Assembly: GCA_048886185.1 (NCBI GenBank)
Contig: JBHLKY010000001.1
Span: 240,001 to 272,000 of the forward strand
Origin: Candidatus Hermodarchaeota archaeon
GTDB lineage: Archaea > Asgardarchaeota > Heimdallarchaeia > Hodarchaeales > Hodarchaeaceae
Direction of reading: 5' to 3'
DNA length: 32,000 bases
The position numbers were made by a program, and so were the translations under genes. This document shows positions 28,701 through 32,000 of the stretch, in pieces; the first letter of the stretch is position 1; each line of letters starts with the position of its first letter. The notes under the pieces are model-generated. The model made no database searches. It had not been told where the DNA came from and saw only the letters and a list, made by a program, of their open reading frames with translations.

Positions 28701-31700
28701 ACGCTTACCTCCATGCCGACGACCACAGATCCTTTACTGGCTACCTTTGATTATTCCGATGCAGATCTTGCAGATAATGCGAGTCTCATCTTTAATATCA
28801 CGTGGTATCGGAATGGGCTGGAACAAAGCGCTCTCGCCAATACCACCAGTATTGGTTCAGGAAATACTACGAAATCCGAGTTCTGGTGGTTTACCGTCCA
28901 AGCCTATGATGGAGAAAGTTTCTCTTTGAAGCTCGAGTCGGTTCATGTGCAGATTCTCAATACTGCCCCTGAGGTTAGCAATCTTGTGATTACTCCGCTG
29001 AGTCCCATAACCACCATGGTTCTCAGTGCGAGTTGGGATGAAGTGGATGCAGATGGCGATAGCCTGACTTATACCATTCGGTGGTATGTCGTGGGGCTGG
29101 GGCTGCAAGCGGCGTACAACAATTTACTGAGTGTTCCTGCCAGTGCGACCGCCAAAGGGCAGGCCTGGTACTACAACCTTACCGCCTTTGATGGAGCCGC
29201 TTTTTCCATCGAAACCAGCTCCTCTCAGGTTGTCATCCAAAATTCTTCTCCCGAGATCGATTCCCTCGTGGTCACGACTAATCCGACCACGCTGGATGAC
29301 CTGATTGCTGGTTGGAACGCTAATGATAATGATACCGGGGATTTACTAACCTTTAATGTTACCTGGTATCTGAATGGGGAAGTAAATTGCAGCTGGTTAA
29401 CGTCCACCTCTAGTACTACCCTCGCTGCGGGAAATACCACTAAGAATCAGCTCTGGAATGTGACCGTACGGGCATATGACGGGACATCTTATTCCAACAC
29501 AATTACTCTAGCGACTAATATCACTATCCTCAATTCTAAGCCCACCGTAGAAAGTCCTTCTTTCAATAACACCTCTCCTGATGCAGTGGACGATTTTCAG
29601 ATTACTTACACCTTTGTGGATGCGGATGCTGGAGATGTTGAAGATCCAGGGAAGATGATTGTCTATTGGTATGTCAACTGGAAGTATAATGCCACTTTCC
29701 AGAATCAGACCACGATTTATGCTGCGAATACCACTGCCACAGAGGTGTGGTATTACATTCTCAGGGTGTTTGACGGGGAAACATATAGTGATAATGTCAC
29801 CTCGGAACAGGGGGTCTATATTGGGGGTGGCAGCACCAACACACGTCCGCTAGCTATCGATCTAACATTAACTCCTGCGTCTCCTCTCACACATGAGGCG
29901 CTCATTGCGAATTATAGTTTCTCTGATGGGGATCTCGACCCCCAAGTTGCGTATGAAATTCGCTGGTATAGGAATTCTGGTGGTGGCTTCCAGCTCCAGT
30001 CCCAGTATAATAATTTATTCATTGTGCCAGCGAGTGCCACCTCCAAGGGGCAGGAATGGAATTTTACCGTGAGAGTGTTTGATGGTATTCAATGGAGTGA
30101 GCTCAATGTGTCTACCACGATCACAATTGCAAATACGAACCCTGAGGTTACCATCGCTGATATTACCACGGATCCTCAAACGACTGATGATCTGGTAGCT
30201 AGTTGGACTTCGAGGGATAATGATAGTGATAGTTTAACTTTTATCCTCACTTGGTATATTAATGGGATTGAAAATGCCACGTTTGCAAATAAGACGGTGA
30301 TCGGAGCGGGAAACACCACCAAAGGAGAGAAGTGGTATTTCACTGTCCAGGCCTATGATGGGGAAGGATTCTCCAATGTGTTCCCATTGGCTGCGAATGT
30401 CACCATCCTGAATACCGCCCCAACAGCGGATAATTTAATCATTACCACTAATCCTACGACTATTGATGATTTAGTAGCAACTTGGGATTATTTTGACATT
30501 GACAATGATCCCCGAGATGATGGGCTAGCTCGGATTTGCTGGTTCAAAAATGGGGAAAACCAAACTGCATTAACTAATCAAAAAACTATTGAGGCCACTA
30601 ATACCTCTAAAAATCAGGTTTGGTGGTTTACAGTCCGTGTCTTTGACGGGGAGGACTATTCTGGGCTTTATGAGTCCGCTCACATACAGGTCTTAAATAG
30701 TATTCCTATGGTGGGAAATTTGGAAATTAGGATGTCAGACCCCAAGACCACAGATGAGTTAGAGGCTCAATGGGTTGCTGTTGATGATGACAACGACATC
30801 CTAAGCTACACCATCAAATGGTATAGAGATGCTGTCTATCAGTCAGCTTGGGATAATGAGATCACAATTCCTGCCAGTGCCACCTCAAAAGGCGAAACCT
30901 GGTATTTTACTTTGAAAATGTTTGATGGGAGCGAGTATTCCTTAGAAGAGACCCTTAGTCCTGGTGTCCTTATTCTCAATACTCTTCCTGTCGTTGAAGA
31001 CCTGGCGTTAACCCCGGATCCTCAAACGACTGATGATCTGATAGCTAGTTGGATGTCGAGGGATAATGATAGTGATAGTTTAACTTTTATCGTTACCTGG
31101 TATGTCAATGGGATTGAAAATGCCACGTTTGCGAATAAAACGGTGATCGGGGCGGGAAATACTACCAAAGGGGAGGAATGGTATTTTAGTGTCCAAGCAT
31201 ACGATGGAGAAGGATTCTCCAATGTGTTCTCACTGGCTGCGAATGTCACCATTCTGAATACCGCTCCCACAGCGAGTAATTTGATGATTACTACTAATCC
31301 CACCACGCTTGATGACTTAGTTGCTGCTTGGGATTATTTCGATGTAGACAACGATCCCCGAGATGATACGCTAGCTCGGATTTGTTGGTTCAAGAATGGA
31401 TTGAATCAAAGCACTTTAGTCAATCAGAAAATCATTGGGGCAGGTAATACCTCCAAGAATCAAGTCTGGTGGTTTACTGTTCGTGTCTGTGACGGGGAGA
31501 CCCACTCGCTTAGTATCTACGAGTCCGCTCACATTTCTATTCAGAACTCTCTACCTTATAGTTCCTCCGCTCTCCCCATTCCCGTGAATCCTTCTAAGGC
31601 AAATGGCCTAGTATTGACTCTACCTGCCCTTCTTGCGGCTCTCTCAGACCCTGATCCGAGTGATGACATTGAAGTAGTCAGGATTCGCTGGTATAAGGAA

Positions 31701-32000
31701 GGTGTGCTGCAAGGGACGTTAAATGACTCCTTAATCGTTCCTGGAACCCGATTGACTAAAGGAGAGAGGTGGAATTATTCCATTGTGCCTTTCGATGGAG
31801 TCGGTTATGGGGTGGTGTGTGTGTCTGCGGAGATAGTCATCTTAAACTCTCGACCGACCATCATTAACACTTATTTCACGGCAACAACTGTTACCACCAT
31901 TAGCAACCTCGTGATCAGCTATCAAGCGGAGGATGCCGATGGGGACCCTATTATTGTCTCAGGGGTCCGCTGGTATCGGTATGATGCAGGGATTCCTGGG
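22794..32000 (+). CDS. Giant secreted adhesin-like surface protein, at least 3069 aa, truncated by the window end: signal peptide, 2x(DUF2341-LamG), MAM, Ig-like domains, then >=17 Ig/cadherin-like repeats
   Basis: Absent from the ORF track, consistent with having no stop inside the window. ATG 22794 gives MKDKVKTLYSIKNGFKIMVIGILLLNSLSITISCSQ. The same frame was read by hand through the domains to ...DADGDPIIVSGVRWYRYDAGIPG at 32000. Confidence 0.9.
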   Translation, partial: MKDKVKTLYSIKNGFKIMVIGILLLNSLSITISCSQEKNSDTQNFILDILRGFGITGKKQGPYRVLPHLTSTSQINHQSSINITSGPRYSWSEPNWPYKKNITILASKISADLTNFPLMIDLFDSDLRDTSKVQNSGEDILFINENGWTWTDELLTNGGFETGNLNGWITSGNWEVGTNPPMGNKGPQSGSFCAYTTDGGSTTDYIQQDVDLSSYIDYIDSGKVIANVSAWAVMAEDDFDETIIRFQYLDASKTVISAVLDTGIQMPSVWTKFSALLSPIPVNTRYIRVWARCHELGWDAGSVDSFSVKIANMGVKLDHEIELFEQTYNTTHAHLVAWVKTNLSSSQNTFLSMYYGNPTAGNQENPVAVWDENYVGVWHLGEESGSATDSTTYGTSGTISGGVTQNISGKLGKGYDFDGNDGSSVLFGDPGDGHLDFGLGSFTVSYWMNIDQSTSDYQLPIYKGGTTNSEAGYEMETNPTAESIDFMTSDGTTAYSSGNAGVTFDTWAYMVGVVDRSSNYIYLYQDGNDQGSSSISSLGSVDNSHSMALSPNPYPVDGMIDEVRISKSIRSSAWIETEYNNQYDPSSFYSMGEVEYKWAFPTFAYRKAITINATKISGNFTDFPVLVNYYDSDLHDPTKVQSDGDDILFTNVVGTQLDHEIELFNQNGNGTHANLVTWVKANLSSVEDTLIFMYYGNYAIESQENPEGVWDSNFKMVHHFDETTGTTSYDSTSNNEDGTIMGSISLEVTGKIGNSYQFNDTSLDQKVGLPPLGTLNAFTMEIWVNPNTGEKEAIWGREFTIGSNAQGVGITYSTYDPKQFGAIIPNGAEGSGSTRIDINANSETSVNAWNHLVVIYNGSVLRMYVNGVEVADSPKTGMSSPNYLFTQEPYSPYMGSYFGYTGYNWNAEEEYFDGKLDEARLSDIARSANWILTEYNNQYNPSSFYSIGEEEEKEGPPAIPGEYYVNNDGSNVDYSGDMGNLEDFNNMKGKDLSYANLQETAAVTIEWNESFETVNGVQSYTSENWWTDYWIQDTTDDYNWSISDTYQTPSANTGASGAQQGTWFIYTEASSSRYGNFILYTANSIDFSSLNNEKIEFYWNMFGANIDALYLEQNTSGSWSSVWSQVGAGSPDQSTWNFSSVDLSGLSGIGFLRFRGVTSGGYAGDISLDNVNITSIALTTNYRLEQEIQWTNIPYEFEKEELCLYVGTTGTEDIIVEVWNGSNWVQVFSDLIANSWNNISITSYLNSSTFTVRFIDGTQTSDNTTQDQWQIDAALIHVWNEVIDETPPVINDFGIDDSGTGTGRFWADVIDTGSGVANATIKVNGTNYSMSYNGSYWIYQLPSLSFEDYFSYQIVNSSDNNGNFLINPSNEEAYTFDYDILAPTVVDWEYYNTLELYGTFKANITDSWGEIDTVRVNVTTYNMQALMGQYTTFGSTIFAYLNDTLEMPNGLMDFQIIVNDTAGNEFISTTHQGDVFSNHPPIVENLTLSPAIPWSNCSLTLTYDYYDEDDHSEAGTEIRWYKKNDSVFLLESAYNDTKVIPASALEVGDQWYVNVTPKDGELFGETNTSAIITVLNTPPSASNAVVFYSGAIPYTTSTLNIDYTYDDHEGDGEDSTNRQVEWYRNGAHYPALDNSTSVLPGNTTKGETWAYRLRVHDGTGYSSWVTSDTILIRNSLPQAVNLALPSNPTTLDDLVADWDMIDADGDSEDLGAVLIYWYKDGENQSTWVNSVTIGAGNTSKGETWRFEIRVYDGENYSVVTPLNPPVVILNSVPTVSTVELAPTIPVTTDGLTATWEDADVDNDALTYTIRWYIMGVGLQAAYNDLSTVPASATVKGQIWYYNLTAFDGEDYSLEVSSPQVTVQNTPPEVSNLALTAAPKTMTNLVASWSAADNDTGDSLTFNVTWYLEGVVNCSWLTSATSATLTAGNTTKGDRWSFTVQAYDGEAYSSVISLGYNRTILNTAPVVANLTLTSMPTTTDPLLATFDYSDADLADNASLIFNITWYRNGLEQSALANTTSIGSGNTTKSEFWWFTVQAYDGESFSLKLESVHVQILNTAPEVSNLVITPLSPITTMVLSASWDEVDADGDSLTYTIRWYVVGLGLQAAYNNLLSVPASATAKGQAWYYNLTAFDGAAFSIETSSSQVVIQNSSPEIDSLVVTTNPTTLDDLIAGWNANDNDTGDLLTFNVTWYLNGEVNCSWLTSTSSTTLAAGNTTKNQLWNVTVRAYDGTSYSNTITLATNITILNSKPTVESPSFNNTSPDAVDDFQITYTFVDADAGDVEDPGKMIVYWYVNWKYNATFQNQTTIYAANTTATEVWYYILRVFDGETYSDNVTSEQGVYIGGGSTNTRPLAIDLTLTPASPLTHEALIANYSFSDGDLDPQVAYEIRWYRNSGGGFQLQSQYNNLFIVPASATSKGQEWNFTVRVFDGIQWSELNVSTTITIANTNPEVTIADITTDPQTTDDLVASWTSRDNDSDSLTFILTWYINGIENATFANKTVIGAGNTTKGEKWYFTVQAYDGEGFSNVFPLAANVTILNTAPTADNLIITTNPTTIDDLVATWDYFDIDNDPRDDGLARICWFKNGENQTALTNQKTIEATNTSKNQVWWFTVRVFDGEDYSGLYESAHIQVLNSIPMVGNLEIRMSDPKTTDELEAQWVAVDDDNDILSYTIKWYRDAVYQSAWDNEITIPASATSKGETWYFTLKMFDGSEYSLEETLSPGVLILNTLPVVEDLALTPDPQTTDDLIASWMSRDNDSDSLTFIVTWYVNGIENATFANKTVIGAGNTTKGEEWYFSVQAYDGEGFSNVFSLAANVTILNTAPTASNLMITTNPTTLDDLVAAWDYFDVDNDPRDDTLARICWFKNGLNQSTLVNQKIIGAGNTSKNQVWWFTVRVCDGETHSLSIYESAHISIQNSLPYSSSALPIPVNPSKANGLVLTLPALLAALSDPDPSDDIEVVRIRWYKEGVLQGTLNDSLIVPGTRLTKGERWNYSIVPFDGVGYGVVCVSAEIVILNSRPTIINTYFTATTVTTISNLVISYQAEDADGDPIIVSGVRWYRYDAGIPG
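23064..25640 (+). repeat. Two tandem DUF2341 + LamG (concanavalin A-like) modules in the giant protein
   Basis: Unit 1 starts at 23064 and unit 2 at 24585. Both have W...Y(K/R)K.ITI...KIS...T.FP, LDHEIELF, MYYGN...QENP..VWD, DG..DE.R.S...RS..WI.TEYNNQY.PSSFYS. Confidence 0.85.
25806..26320 (+). other. MAM domain within the giant protein
   Basis: GTWFIYTEASS, IEFYWNMFGANIDALYL, VWSQVG...W...VDL and LRFRGVTSGGYAGDISLDNVNI match the MAM consensus (YxEAS; FxYHMxG; GDIAxDDI). Confidence 0.75.
27225..32000 (+). repeat. Tandem array of 16 complete plus 1 partial Ig/cadherin-like repeats (93-102 aa)
   Basis: N-x-x-P repeat starts at 27225, 27519, 27813, 28101, 28383, 28674, 28959, 29241, 29532, 29838, 30132, 30411, 30696, 30978, 31257, 31545 and 31845. 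Consensus: NxxP...L.A.W...DxDxD.....WY..G........TxKG..W...V..(Y/F)DG. Confidence 0.92.

Noticed and set aside
24441-31306. Short ORFs from the track within the giant gene (for example 24441-24809, 25774-26049, 27541-27789, 28379-28585, 29225-29440, 31022-31306)
   Set aside because: They are antisense or off-frame shadows of the long + strand ORF. Their mutual similarity only mirrors the repeats.
27225-32000. Repeat array as a CRISPR array or a diversity-generating retroelement template/variable pair
   Set aside because: The units are ~290-nt in-frame protein domains, mismatches are not adenine-specific, and no cas or reverse transcriptase gene is in the window.

Overview
AT-rich prokaryotic window that looks archaeal and is most consistent with an Asgard (Heimdall/Hod-like) genome. 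That assignment is inferred from a longin-like/Arf-like GTPase fusion, an alpha-solenoid + RING-like protein and sequon-rich surface proteins. The first 22 kb holds mainly peptide- and lipid-processing genes: GH4 fragment, amidohydrolase, PepF, acyl-CoA dehydrogenase, M28 peptidase, CPBP protease, HAD, LMW-PTP, TIM-barrel enzyme, PIMT and a MaoC-type hydratase. It also holds two eukaryote-like proteins, a ~1000-aa membrane-anchored surface protein and two paralogous small membrane proteins. Four elements are missing from the supplied ORF track: (i) the N-terminus of a GH4 glycosidase at 1-176; (ii) a 44-aa CPxCG zinc-ribbon microprotein at 17070-17204; (iii) a decayed copy of the MaoC 5' end at 20862-20939; (iv) a giant secreted protein of at least 3069 aa that starts at 22794 and runs off the window. 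The giant protein has two nested domain insertions (including a MAM domain), an abrupt internal GC jump, and at least 17 Ig/cadherin-like repeats arranged in a three-domain super-repeat. No tRNA, rRNA, CRISPR array or transposase was recognised.
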